The notes beneath the pieces were generated by a model that was given only the letters and a program-made list of their open reading frames with translations, was not told the origin of the DNA and ran no database searches. Positions 1 to 12,373 of a stretch of 64,000 nucleotides of DNA are shown piece after piece. Location: the NCBI GenBank assembly GCA_963789055.1, contig CAWBJE010000001.1:77215-141214 (forward strand), in the 5' to 3' direction. The translations under genes and the position numbers were made by a program. Numbering within the stretch: position 1 is the stretch's first letter; each line of letters starts with the position of its first letter. The DNA comes from an uncultured Verrucomicrobiae bacterium (GTDB taxonomy: Bacteria > Verrucomicrobiota > Verrucomicrobiia > Limisphaerales > UBA11358).

Positions 1-277
1 TGAGCGCGGGCGGCTGTTCCCGTCCGGCAATCTTTCCAACGTCAGATTCGGTACATTGTCGAAATCCCGGCGACACAAGGGGGACTCTTTCGCGTCAGTT
101 GATTTCTTGAATCCAACGGAATTTGTCTGGCGTCTCGCGTCGGAATAAAAGCGTGAATCCACTTTTTTATCCCGGTAACTGAGTAGCAAAAATGGCCCAA
201 GCATAACCTCTTCCGGCCGTTTAGGTTGGTAAAATAATTATCTTGTCCCCTCGCTCGGGAGGACCTTACCGTGCCTC

Positions 278-3021
278 ATGCGACTGCGAAACTACAGCGG
301 GTTGATCCTGGCTCTCTTCTTTTGCTCCGGCGCGACGGCGTTGGTATATGAGGTCGTCTGGTCCAAGTTTCTCTCCCAAATGTTTGGCAGCACGATTTAT
401 GCGCAAACCGTCGTGCTGGCCGCATTCATGGGCGGGCTGGCGCTGGGGAACAAATTGTTTGGCCGCTGGGCAGACCAGTTGCAACAGCCGGTGCGCGCCT
501 ACGGTTACCTGGAAATCTCCATCGGTGTTTATGCCTTCTTCTTCCCGATCCTGGATGGTTTGGCCGACCATGTTTTTGTCCGTATCGGCAGCGGCATCGC
601 CCAACGCACCGTTTTGCTTCTGGCCTTAAAGGGGGTATTGAGTGCCCTGCTGCTGCTGGGGCCGACGATTCTGATGGGCGGCACCCTGCCGTTGCTGGCG
701 GCGTGGCTGCAACATTTCTCTGCGGATGCCGGGCGCCGCTCGGCCCGGTTCTATTCGGTGAACAGCCTGGGCGCGGTGGCCGGCTCAGGCCTGGCCGGAT
801 TCTGGCTGGTGCAAAACCTGGGGATGGTTTCGTCGCTGCAAATGACGGCGTTGGTCAATGTGCTGGTCGGCTCGGTCGCCATATTGCTCAGCCGCCACTT
901 CCAGCGGCAACCCCCCGACGCCGAGTCCCGACCGGCAATGGATACCGGAAATCGCGCTGCCAGACACGTTGCGATGGGCGGGCGCCGTCGTTGCCCTGAC
1001 CGGTGCGGTTTCGATGGGAATGGAAGTGCTGGCCTCGCGCTCGCTGGCCATGATCTTCGGCTCTTCGCTCCAATCGTTTGCCGTGGTGTTGATGGCTTTC
1101 ATTCTGGGCATTGGTCTGGGCAGTGCCTGGATTGCCTCGCCCCGGCGACGGGAATATTCGAGCGAGAAAATGATCGTGCTGCTGTTGTGCTTGGCATCGG
1201 CCTGGGTGACGTTGCTGGTTTTCAACATCGAGCGATGGGTGGACGTTTATCGCATTGCCCGCACCGGGTCTGGGCCGGACCAGCGTGGGTTACGTGTATC
1301 ATGAATTGCTGTCCGCGGGAATTTCCCTGGTGATCTTCGGCCTGCCGGCCGCGTGCATCGGCGCGGTTCTGCCGCTGATGATGCGGGCGGTTTCGCGCCG
1401 GAGCCCGGCGCTGGGTTTGCAGGTGGGCGCCTTGCTGACCTGGAACACGCTCGGCGCTGTGGTCGGCACATTGCTGACCGGCTTTGTGCTGATGCCGTTG
1501 GTGGGATTGCGCAACGCCTTTGGCGTGCTGGCGCTGGTGCTCACGCTGGCGGCAATGGTTTTTGCCTGGCGTTGCCGGTGGCGTCACCGGCGTCGGCGCC
1601 GCGGTTGGCTTGAGCCTGTTTGCCGTCGGCCTGTTTGTTTTCGGCAACGAAGACTGGCGGTATGTCATCAGTTCCGGCGCTTTCCGCGCGCGGGAGCTGG
1701 AGTTCAACCCTCACGCGATGGCCTGCACGAAAGCAGCATTTTAAAATCATTTTTTATGAGGATGGGCCGGATGCCACGGTTTCAGTGGAAGAAGACCGGA
1801 ATCCGAAATTCAGACCCGGACCTTTGTCTGCGTATCAACGGCAAACCGGATGCCTCATCCCATGACGATCTGAGCACCCAGCTGTTGCTGGCGCATTTGC
1901 CGATGCTGGCCCGGCCTGGGGCAAAGGACGTTTTATTTTTGGCCTTGGCTCGGGCATATCCGCCGGAGCGTTGCTTGCCTACCCGCTCAACCGGATTACC
2001 ATGGCCGAAAATTGCGAGCCGGTGATCAGAGCTTCCCATTGTTTTACGAACTGGAATCGCAACGTGCTGGAAGACAAACGCGTGAATCTCTGGCGGGAGG
2101 ATGCGCGCACCGTGCTCAAGTTGGACCCGCAACTTTATGACGTGATTGTCGCGGAGCCTTCCAATCCATGGACGGCGGGCATCGGCAGCGTGTTCAGCCG
2201 GGAATTTTATCAAATCTGCCGCCAGCCGCCTCAAACCCGGCGGCATCATGGCGCAGTGGTTTCACGTTTACGAAATGCATGATGGCATCGTGGAACTGGT
2301 GCTGCGCACGTTTCAGTCCGATTTTCCCTATGTTGAAATCTGGGACCCCGGCCACGGCGACATCGTAATGCTGGGTTCGTTGCAACCCTGGCCAGACCAG
2401 TCCGGATGTTTTCCGGCAAAGCTTCGGCTATGCCGGGGTGAGGGCGGACCTCGCTGCCATCGGCATCCAGTCCCCCGAAGCGCTTTGGCGCGGCAACTGG
2501 CCTCACAACACACCGCCTTCGCCATCGCCGGAGACGGGCCGATTCAAAGCGATCTGTTTCCCGATTCTCGAATACGCCGCGCCCCGCGCGTTTTATATTG
2601 GCATCAATGCCAAACTGTTCGAGCGCTTTGACGAACGGACACGCCAGCAGGTGCTCGCGCCAACCGGATAAACTCGCTGTCCTTCACGCCTTGACCGTGG
2701 CGGATGTCCGCTCCGTTTTCTTTCCTTACACCACGGTCAATGGAGAATTGTTGGACAGCCTGCTGGGACGGGGGGGAGAAGGTGCCGTGCGTATTCGGGA
2801 CGAATGCGCCGCCCGCAACGCTGGAAGGCCCGGGTGAAGATACCGCCATCTTGAACCAGGCCATCACCGCCCTTCACGCGGGAGATATAAAACAAGCCGG
2901 GCAACTGGCCACACTCGCCGGGCGACAGAATCCCACCAACGCACAAGCCGCCTACGTGGCACGGATAATTGATCGAGAACAAAATTTACCGGCAGCGCCC
3001 GACAGCCGGGCGGCGCATTAA
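278..3021 (+). pseudogene. Fused spermidine-synthase-like protein (multi-pass membrane N-terminus + SpeE-type core + C-terminal tail); frame broken at least 6 times as assembled
   Basis: ORF pieces 278-1333, 858-1304, 1255-2025, 1620-1865, 1971-2282, 2146-2631, 2438-2671 and 2704-3021 in alternating + frames read as one protein. The N-terminal half is hydrophobic (LILALFFCSGATALVYEVVWSK, GMEVLASRSLAMIFGSS). SpeE-like blocks follow: KIIFYEDGPDATVSV, YDVIVAEPSNPWTAGIGSVFSREFY, LKPGGIMAQWFHVYEM. Confidence 0.6.
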
Positions 3022-3082
3022 GCGCGCGCGCCGGGTGCCGGCGGAATTCGACAAAATCCCCCGTCCGCGATACCATCTCATC

Positions 3083-5353
<2,271 letters not shown>

Positions 5354-5365
5354 CTCAAGGCGCGG

Positions 5366-6352
5366 TCAGTGGGTGGGAAGTTTTGCCGGTTGCCCGTTGA
5401 TTTCCAGATCCACCCAACTCGCGGCCAAATTTTTGAAGCTCACCGGGATGGGTCCGTCGGGCGTCTGGGTCAACGCCGTTTCACCGAGAAAAATGGTATA
5501 GATCTTCGTTCCGCATTGGATGGTCACCGATGAATTGGCGCCGTTTTCGGTGACACCGCGTACGGAAAAATATTTGATCAGCACTTCAATCGGTTTTGCC
5601 GGCGGGGGCGGCGCGACATTGGCGGGGGCGGCGGGAGCCGGTGGATTGGTTTTAACCACTGCTTCCGATGATTGGGCTGCACTGGCCGCATTTGTGGTCG
5701 CGACGGCTGCCGGCGGGTTGGTCGCGGGCACCAGGGCTGCAGTCGGTTTAGGTACATTGGCGGGAGTGGTGGAAGCTGGCGGATTCGTCTTGGGGGCAGC
5801 CGCTACCTTCAGTGCGGCCGCATTGGTCTTGGGAGTCTCTTTTTTGGCTGGTTTTATCGAACTGGCCGGCGGAACCGCCTTCGGCGCGGGCAAATTGGTT
5901 TTTATGACTGCCGGGGCCCCCGCTTTCGCTTCCGGCTGCTGCGCGGCGAATTCCATGTCCTCGGCGGTTTTGGCCGACGGCCGCAAGTCGCCCAGCAGTG
6001 GACTCAGGATGAAAAGGTTCACCCCGAACAAGAGCGCGTAAGAAATGGCGGCGGTAAAAAGGACATCAATGTAAGGCGCCTGCGTGACCCTCTTAAGGCA
6101 CAGCAACAGCACGATGCTGACAATCGGAGTGGAAATGTAAGAGGCAAAATAAATCCCGAGGAAATGGCCAAGAACCGCTTGCAGGATTTGGTCCAATCCG
6201 GTTGTGAGCGCCGCTGCTCCCGCCAACCACAGAAAATTGTAGGCAAATCTTTGATCGAGTTTTTGAATCTTGATCATGCCCCAGAGCAGTCCGAGCAGGA
6301 TCACCGTTTGCACGGCGAACTCGATGAGCAGATAAAGAACGGCGCCAGACAT
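5366..6352 (-). CDS. Membrane protein with 4 predicted TM helices, a long Pro/Ala/Thr-rich linker and a small C-terminal domain
   Basis: Track ORF is 5366-6661. The likely start is the internal ATG at 6352 (MSGAVLYLLIEFAVQTVILLGLLW). The linker has recurring KTNPPA-like units. No family recognised. Confidence 0.5.
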   Translation of the reverse strand: MSGAVLYLLIEFAVQTVILLGLLWGMIKIQKLDQRFAYNFLWLAGAAALTTGLDQILQAVLGHFLGIYFASYISTPIVSIVLLLCLKRVTQAPYIDVLFTAAISYALLFGVNLFILSPLLGDLRPSAKTAEDMEFAAQQPEAKAGAPAVIKTNLPAPKAVPPASSIKPAKKETPKTNAAALKVAAAPKTNPPASTTPANVPKPTAALVPATNPPAAVATTNAASAAQSSEAVVKTNPPAPAAPANVAPPPPAKPIEVLIKYFSVRGVTENGANSSVTIQCGTKIYTIFLGETALTQTPDGPIPVSFKNLAASWVDLEINGQPAKLPTH

Positions 6353-6481
6353 TGAGTTATTCTTCTTCAGGGTTGTCCCCAAAGACAATGTTTTTTTGCC
6401 GCAATTCTTGTGCCTGCTTCGGCGCCGGACCGGAAATAATTGCCGGTCCAGGCCGGATTGGGCGAGAATTCCCCGCGATTG

Positions 6482-6985
6482 ATGAGTCATTACTGGGCAA
6501 CATTCGCCGAGTTGATTGCGGCGCCATTCGAACACGCGCCGTTGATCTGGGGCATTGTGCCGCTGTATTTCGCGCTGCTGCTGAGCGAAATGACGGCGGC
6601 CAAGGCGAATTTTCGGACAGCCATCCAGACCGGGTTCAGCTTTCTTTGGGCTGGCGCGCAATGGCTATGGCCGTATTTCGTGCCGCATGCCACCCACGGC
6701 CGGTATCTGGAATTGAACGCCATGCTGCCGGTAAATCTGCTGGTCACGTTTCTCGTGCTGGCGCTGGGGCTGGTGGCGCTGGCGAGCGGCCTGCGCAAAC
6801 AGTTTCCGCGCCACGCCCGCTTTCTCGGCCATACCCGGTTTGCGAATTATTTCATGATTACCATCTTCCCGATTCAGGCACATTGCCTGCCCTGGACGTG
6901 GGACCGGCTGCTGGCCATCGTGATTTTTGCCGTGCCCGTCTGGCTGGTGTTGCACTTCGGCCTGATGCCGATTCGCAACCGGTGA
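6482..6985 (+). CDS. Hypothetical multi-pass membrane protein
   Basis: ORF 6440-6985. The hydrophobic segments begin after MSHYWATFAELIAAPFEH (ATG 6482). No recognisable domain. Confidence 0.45.
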   Translation: MSHYWATFAELIAAPFEHAPLIWGIVPLYFALLLSEMTAAKANFRTAIQTGFSFLWAGAQWLWPYFVPHATHGRYLELNAMLPVNLLVTFLVLALGLVALASGLRKQFPRHARFLGHTRFANYFMITIFPIQAHCLPWTWDRLLAIVIFAVPVWLVLHFGLMPIRNR

Positions 6986-6989
6986 AGTG

Positions 6990-9900
6990 TTATTCCTCGC
7001 CGCCGTTGTTGCCGTTTTTGCGTTCCCAGCGGCGCGGCGCGCGTTCGGGCAGGCTGGTGTCCACCTTCGCGTAATAGGTTTCCTCGCCGAACCGCGCGTC
7101 GGCCTCCTGCTGCAATTCCAGCGACGGCGTGACGCTGAACCGTTCGTTGGTGTCCATGAAAACAACCTCGCCGCCGGGCCGCATGAAACACAGCAACAAC
7201 GGGCATTTGCCCGGATGCGCGGCGACCAGTTCGCGCACGGATTCCAGTTGCTCCGGTTTCAGATGCGCCGTGTGCAGGCGCAGATGGACCTGTTTGGTGA
7301 ATTTTTTCGGCGCGTCCTCCAGCGGCATGATTTCCTGCGGAAAAATCTTCGGGCTTGTCGTCGCCGGTGTTGACTTCGCCGATGACGAGAATGGCCTTGT
7401 TCGGCGTCGAGCAGCTCGCGGTATTTGTCGTAGTTCTCGTTCATGCACGAGCACCTGCACCGAGCCTTCCAGGTCTTCGAGCGTGACCATCGAATACGGC
7501 TTGCCGCTCTTCTTCGACACGCCGTTCTGCACCGCCGCAATCAAGCCGCCGATGCGCGTCAGGCTGCGGTTCGGCAATTCGGCCAGCTTCGCGGTGTTGG
7601 CCAGCGCGTATTTTTCCAGGATCGGCGCGAACGGCGTCAGCGGATGGCCGGTGACATAAAATCCGAGCAACTCCTTTTCGTGCGCGAGCAATTCGTGCTG
7701 CGGCCATTCGGGCAGGTTGCTGATGGCTTCCGGCATCGGCGGCGCTTTTTCCTCCAGCGCGCCGAACAGCGAGCTTTGCCCCTTCTGCCGGTCGGAGAGG
7801 ATGCTGGCCGCGCGCGCCAGCGTGCGCTCAATTTGCGCGAACAGCGTCGCGCGCGTCTGGCCGAAGGCAATCGCACGCGCCGGATTTGATGAGCGCTTCC
7901 AGAATTTTCCGGTTCACCGTGCGGCCGTCCACGCGCTCGCACAGATCCGACAAGCGACTTGAATTTCCCGCCTTCGTTCGCGCGCCTTCAGAATGGTTTC
8001 CACCGCGACTTCGCCCACGCCTTTGATGGCCGCCAGGCCGAAGCGGATGCGCCTTCTGCCGATGCGCGGGCCTGCCCGCTTGCGCCGGCGCAAAATACAC
8101 CTGGCTTTCGTTCACGTCCGGCGGCAGCACTTCGATGCCGAATTCGCGCGCCTCGTCGATGTATTGGCTCAGCTTGGCGGTGTCCGCCATGTCGTTGGTC
8201 ATCATGGCGCAGAAAAATTCGACCGGATAATTCGCCTTCAGATACGCGGTCTGATACGCGACGATGGCGTAGGCGGCGGCGTGCGATTTGTTGAAGCCGT
8301 AGCCGGCGAATTTTTCCAGCAAATCGAAAATCTGGTTCGCCTTGGCGGCGGGGATCTTGTTCTTCTCGGCGCAGCCCTTGACGAAGATCTCGCGCTGCTT
8401 GGCCATTTCCTCGACTTTTTTCTTGCCCATCGCGCGCCGCAGCAAATCCGCGCGCGCCGAGCGTGAAGCCGGCCAGCACCTGCGCCGCCTGCATCACCTG
8501 CTCCTGGTAAATCAGGATGCCGTAGGTCTCGCGCGCAATCGGCTCCAGCAGCGGATGCTCGTATTCGATCTTCACTTCGCCGTGGCGGCGCTTGATGAAT
8601 TCCGGAATCAGCTCCATCGGCCCGGGCCGGTACAGCGCCACCAGCGCCGTGATGTGCTCGACGGAACTGATCTGAAACTTCCGGCACAAATCGCGCATCC
8701 CGCCGGATTCCAACTGGAACACGCCCAGCGTTTCCGCCTTGTTCAGCAGGTCGTAGGTCTTCTGGTCGTCGAGCGGCAGATGGTCAATCGGCACTTCGAT
8801 GCCGTGGGTGCGCTTGACCATCTCGCAGGTGTTGCGGATGACGGTCAGCGTCTTCAGCCCGAGAAAATCCATCTTCAGCAGGCCGAGGTCGCCGACCGGA
8901 TTCATCGCGTATTGCGTGACCAGCGTGCCGCTGTCGTCCTGCTTGAGCGGCAGCAGATTCACCAGCGGCTGGTCGCCGATGACCACGCCGGCGGCGTGCA
9001 CGGAGGCGTTGCGCGTGATGTCTTCGAGGATGAGCGCGGTGTCAATCAACTCGCGCGTGACTTCCTCGGTCTCGTAAGCCTCCTTGAATTCCGGCGATTG
9101 CTTGAGCGCCTTCTTCAAGCGTCATCTTCAGATCGAACGGAATCATCTTGGCCAGCCGGTCGCACTCGCCGTAGCTCAAGCCCATCACCCGGCCCACGTC
9201 GCGCACCACCGATTTCGCGCCCATCGTGCCGAACGTGATGATTTGCGCCACGGAATCGCGTCCGTATTTTTCGCGGACGTATTCGATGACGTCCGCGCGC
9301 CGGTCGTCGGCGAAATCAATGTCAATGTCCGGCGGATTGACGCGTTCGGGATTGAGGAACCGCTCGAACAGCAGGCCGTAGCGGATGGGATCCACGTTGG
9401 CGATCTCCAGCAGATAGGTGACGAGCGAACCGGCGGCGGAGCCGCGCGCCACGCACGCAATGCCGTGCTCGTGGCCGTAGCGGATGAAATCGCCGACGAT
9501 GAGGAAGTAGCTGATGAATCCGGTCTTCTCGATGACCGTGAGCTCCAGCTTCAGCCGGTCGAGCAAGACTTTGACGGCCGCGGCAACGGCAGGGTCTTTC
9601 AGTGTAGGACAGGCATCTTGCCTGTCTCTGGCTTCTTTTTGAGATGGAGACAGGCTGGAAGCCTGTCCTACGGCATACGTCGGCAAGCCGCGTCGGGTCG
9701 TCGATGCCTTCGACGACGAATTCCTTGCCTTCGGCTTTGGCGTGAATCGTGTAGCGCCGGAGCAATCCTTCCGCGAGCAGTTTGCGCAGATAACCTTCGC
9801 GCGTGAAATGTTCCGGCGGAGGGAAGACCGGGTAATGCAGCTTGCCGAATTCAATCTCCAGATTGCATTTCTCGGCCACTTCCAGCGTGTTTTTCACCGC

Positions 9901-10694
9901 CTCGGGCGTGTCGGCAAAGCGCGCCTTCATTTCCTCCGCCGTGCGCAGATAAAACTGCTCCGGCTCGTAGCGCATCCGTTTGGTGTCGGCCAGTTGCGTC
10001 TGCGTGCCGATGCAAATCAGGCAATCGTGCGCGTGGGAGTGGTTTTTCTCGATGTAATGGACGTCGTTCGTCGCGACGAGTTTCAGGCCGAAATCCTTTG
10101 CCCAGGCGATCAAGTTGCTGGTTGACCTTCGCCTGTTCGGCGATGCCGTGGTTTTGCAGTTCGAGATAAAAATTCTCCGCGCCGAGCGTCTGTTTGAACC
10201 AGTCAATCGCCTCGCGCGCCTTGTCGCAACTGGTCCTTCGTAATCACTTCGGGAATTTCGCTGGCCAGACAGCCGGACAGGGCGATCAGGCCGTCCTTGT
10301 GCGTGGCCAGCAGTTCCTTGTCGATGCGCGGCTTGTAGTAATAGCCCTCGAGGTGCGCGGCGGTGGCGAGTTGGATGAGATTTTTGTAGCCGGTCGCGTC
10401 TTTGGCCAGCAGACCGAGGTGATGGTAAACGTCGCGGCCGCCGCTGCTGGTTTTCTTCTCCAGCCGGCTGCCGGGCGCGACATAAACCTCGCAGCCGATG
10501 ATGGGTTTGATGCCCTTTTCGCGCGCCGCCTGGTAAAAATCAATCGCGCCGTGCATGGCGCCGTGGTCGGTGATGGCCAGCGCGGGGAATTTCAGTTCAT
10601 GCGCCTTGTCCACCAGCCGGTCCAGCCGGCAGGCGCCATCGAGCAGCGAATACTCGGTGTGCAAATGGAGATGAACAAAGTCCGCGTGCGACAT
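6990..10694 (-). pseudogene. dnaE: DNA polymerase III alpha subunit; frame broken about 10 times as assembled and carrying a palindromic insert
   Basis: PHP N-terminus [21 protein letters not shown] (10694 downward). Later blocks: [101 protein letters not shown]. These are spread over minus ORFs 10203-10694, 9322-10206, 9042-9854, 7988-9118, 7828-8445 and 6990-7736 plus short third-frame stretches. Confidence 0.9.
9605..9672. repeat. 68-nt compound palindromic element inside dnaE
   Basis: GTAGGACAGGCATCTTGCCTGTCTC ... GAGACAGGCTGGAAGCCTGTCCTAC. The 25-nt arms are inverted copies except for their 5-nt loops. Each arm is itself a GACAGGC-N5-GCCTGTC hairpin. Confidence 0.75.
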
Positions 10695-10746
10695 GGGGAC
10701 AGTTTAACTTCCAACCACCAAGACACCAAGACACAAAGTTTTGGAA
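10564..10746 (-). repeat. Native copy of the triplicated dnaE 5' segment (first 133 nt of CDS plus 50 nt of upstream leader/promoter)
   Basis: 10564-10696 matches 11347-11479. 10607-10746 matches 12109-12248. See findings. Confidence 0.85.
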
Positions 10747-10792
10747 AAATTAACGAGGCTTGCGACGCAACCGCTTTCGGGCGGCATGGATT

Positions 10793-11056
10793 TTATAAAT
10801 CGCGAAGCAGCCGTTCGTATTTATCATGCGGCCCGATCCAGAACCAAAGGTAGCGGTCATCTGCGAATGTTGCCAGGGCGCGATAGCCGGAACCGGCGCG
10901 CACCGACCAAAGGTCGGATTTGATTTTCTTGAAGCCGAGGGATTTCAGCGAAGGATTTGTCTGCCAGAGCTTGAAGTTCTTGCGCGCAATTTTTTGAACC
11001 GGCGTCGGCAGGGCTTCGAGGCAGTCCCAAAATTCCGGCAGCGCGGAAGATTTCAC
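10793..11056 (-). CDS. RelE/ParE-superfamily toxin-like protein (TA pair 1)
   Basis: 87 aa. The C-terminal pattern LWSVRAGSGYRALATFADDRYLWFWIGPHDKYERLL is typical of RelE/ParE-fold toxins. A 4-nt ATGA overlap couples it to the upstream small gene. Confidence 0.55.
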   Translation of the reverse strand: MKSSALPEFWDCLEALPTPVQKIARKNFKLWQTNPSLKSLGFKKIKSDLWSVRAGSGYRALATFADDRYLWFWIGPHDKYERLLRDL

Positions 11057-11256
11057 GGAAAAGGCGTGGCCTTGCCCGCGCGATAACCCGCCCTGGCTTT
11101 GGCAATCACTTTATCCAGCCGGCCGGCCTTGGCGTCGGCATCAATCTGCTGGTCCCAAACCCCCTCGCGCAGTTCCTGCAGCCAGTCGGCGACTTCATGG
11201 ATTTCCTGCGGCTTCAGCTTTTGGATGGCCATTTCGATTTCTTGCACCGTGCTCAT
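11053..11256 (-). CDS. Putative antitoxin of TA pair 1
   Basis: 67 aa, helical and acidic. It sits immediately upstream of the toxin-like gene and overlaps it. Confidence 0.5.
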   Translation of the reverse strand: MSTVQEIEMAIQKLKPQEIHEVADWLQELREGVWDQQIDADAKAGRLDKVIAKARAGYRAGKATPFP

Positions 11257-11346
11257 GGCACAAATTTAATCCAGTCCCCGCCGCCGTGCAACGGGCTTTT
11301 CGCCGCGCACGGTTCCATGGCTGGTCAGGTGTTGCGGATGTTAATC

Positions 11347-11479
11347 TGGTCGGTGATGGCGAGCGCGAGGAATTTCAGTTCATGCGCCTTGTCCACCAGC
11401 CGGTCCAGACGGCAGGCGCCATCGAGCAGTGAATACTCGGTGTGCAAATGAAGATGAACAAAGTCCGCATGTGGCATGG
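11347..11479 (-). repeat. Second copy of the dnaE 5' coding end (codons 1-44), without the dnaE upstream leader
   Basis: 125/133 nt identical to 10564-10696 (hand count). Encodes [43 protein letters not shown], then diverges (track ORF 11325-11534). Confidence 0.85.
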
Positions 11480-11537
11480 CCCCACGTTCCCCACCGACAC
11501 CGACTCCACGCAAGAAAGGGATGTGCATAAGCAAATA

Positions 11538-11840
11538 TCAATCCAACGACAGCAAATCCGGTTCACGTTGCGCACCGTGCCAATAGCGTAGAATGTCAAC
11601 AAAGTTATCCTGCTCCCGAAATCGGTAGAAAACGATGTAAGGCGGTGAAACCAGCTTGCGCACGCCGGGGCGTTTGGGATACGGCACACCAAGCAGGGGA
11701 AATTTTTCGAGGATGGCCACCCGGCCAATCAAGGCATTGCCGACACGCAAGGCGGCATCGGGGTTTTCCCTGGCAATGAAACGAACCGCAGCCTCCAAAT
11801 CTGCCAGGGCCTGGGGTGAAAAGATTATTTTGCAGCCCAT
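11538..11840 (-). CDS. parE: ParE-family toxin (TA pair 2)
   Basis: 100 aa. FSPQALADLEAAVRFIARENPDAALRVGNALIGRVAILEKFPLLG ... IVFYRFREQDNFVDILRYWHGAQ is the classic plasmid-stabilisation ParE layout. Confidence 0.8.
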   Translation of the reverse strand: MGCKIIFSPQALADLEAAVRFIARENPDAALRVGNALIGRVAILEKFPLLGVPYPKRPGVRKLVSPPYIVFYRFREQDNFVDILRYWHGAQREPDLLSLD

Positions 11841-12049
11841 GAAGCCACCCGTTTGCGAACATCATTTATCGGCACGCCCTTGCCGGCATCAATGTCTCCG
11901 ACGGCTTCATCCAGCGAGCGCAGCAGGCGGCGTTCTTCCTGGGCAGTCAATTCCGGCTCGATTTGGGAATTGAGCCAAAGCTGCAGGGCTTTCCGCTCGC
12001 TGCCCGGCAACCGGGCAACGGCGTCTTGAATCTCAACCAGTGTGCTCAT
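11825..12049 (-). CDS. Addiction-module antitoxin component (TIGR02574-like), TA pair 2
   Basis: 74 aa. LVEIQDAVARLPGSERKALQLWL ... EAVGDIDAGKGVPINDVRKRV. Overlaps the parE start by 16 nt. Confidence 0.65.
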   Translation of the reverse strand: MSTLVEIQDAVARLPGSERKALQLWLNSQIEPELTAQEERRLLRSLDEAVGDIDAGKGVPINDVRKRVASWAAK

Positions 12050-12108
12050 GGCAGAGGAAAATTAACGCGCCATTCCTGTTTTGGCAAACGGCAATTCCCG
12101 GAGGGGCC

Positions 12109-12248
12109 TGTCCACCAGCCGGTCCAGCCGGCAGGCGCCATCGAGCAATGAATACTCGGTGTGCAAATGCAGATGAACAAAGCCCGCGTGTGGCATGGAG
12201 ACAGTTTAACTTTGAACCACCAGGACACCAAGACACAAAGTTTTGGAA
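12109..12248 (-). repeat. Third copy of the dnaE 5' region (50-nt upstream leader plus codons 1-30)
   Basis: 130/140 nt identical to 10607-10746 (hand count). It opens a 44-codon chimeric ORF (12062-12196: [29 protein letters not shown] plus 14 unrelated codons) that stops 12 nt before the antitoxin-2 ATG. Confidence 0.85.
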
Positions 12249-12373
12249 TGGATCACCACAAATTTTGACGGTAAAACCAGTGGAGGGAGAAAAAGGAAGC
12301 CGACATGACTCGGCGCCGACCGTGGCCAAACTTCAATGGCCATTTTTCACCGCAGAGGCGCAAAGGCGCGGAG

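Noticed and set aside
1-277. Search for tRNA/ncRNA genes in the larger spacers (1-277, 31169-31262, 33239-33348 and 42887-43145).
   Set aside because: I could not fold any cloverleaf-compatible acceptor or anticodon stems by eye, and no known motif was recognised. Absence is not proven without a tRNA/Rfam scan.
2969-3082. N-terminal 38-codon extension of CopA from the first ATG of the track ORF.
   Set aside because: It overlaps the tail of the upstream gene and has no HMA-like sequence. An in-frame GTG at 3083 begins directly at the metal-binding domain.
6353-6661. 103-codon N-terminal extension of the 5366-6661 ORF.
   Set aside because: It is Arg-rich with no hydrophobic or conserved features. 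It overlaps the divergent 6482-6985 gene region. The hydrophobic protein begins cleanly at ATG 6352.
6990-10694. The idea that the fragmented dnaE is a naturally split or intein-containing dnaE, or uses programmed frameshifting.
   Set aside because: The pieces are contiguous and merely out of frame. I saw no intein blocks (no Cys/Ser-...-His-Asn junction motifs). The roughly 10 shifts go in different directions, and the breakpoints I resolved by hand showed no slippery-site motif.
10697-10792. Attempt to call -35/-10 promoter boxes for dnaE and for the TA cassettes.
   Set aside because: I could not identify convincing consensus hexamers by eye. Only the duplication of the 50-nt leader is solid.
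11325-11534. A 69-aa ORF as an independent gene.
   Set aside because: Its conserved part is simply the duplicated first 44 codons of dnaE. I treat it as a repeat fragment, although it may be translated.
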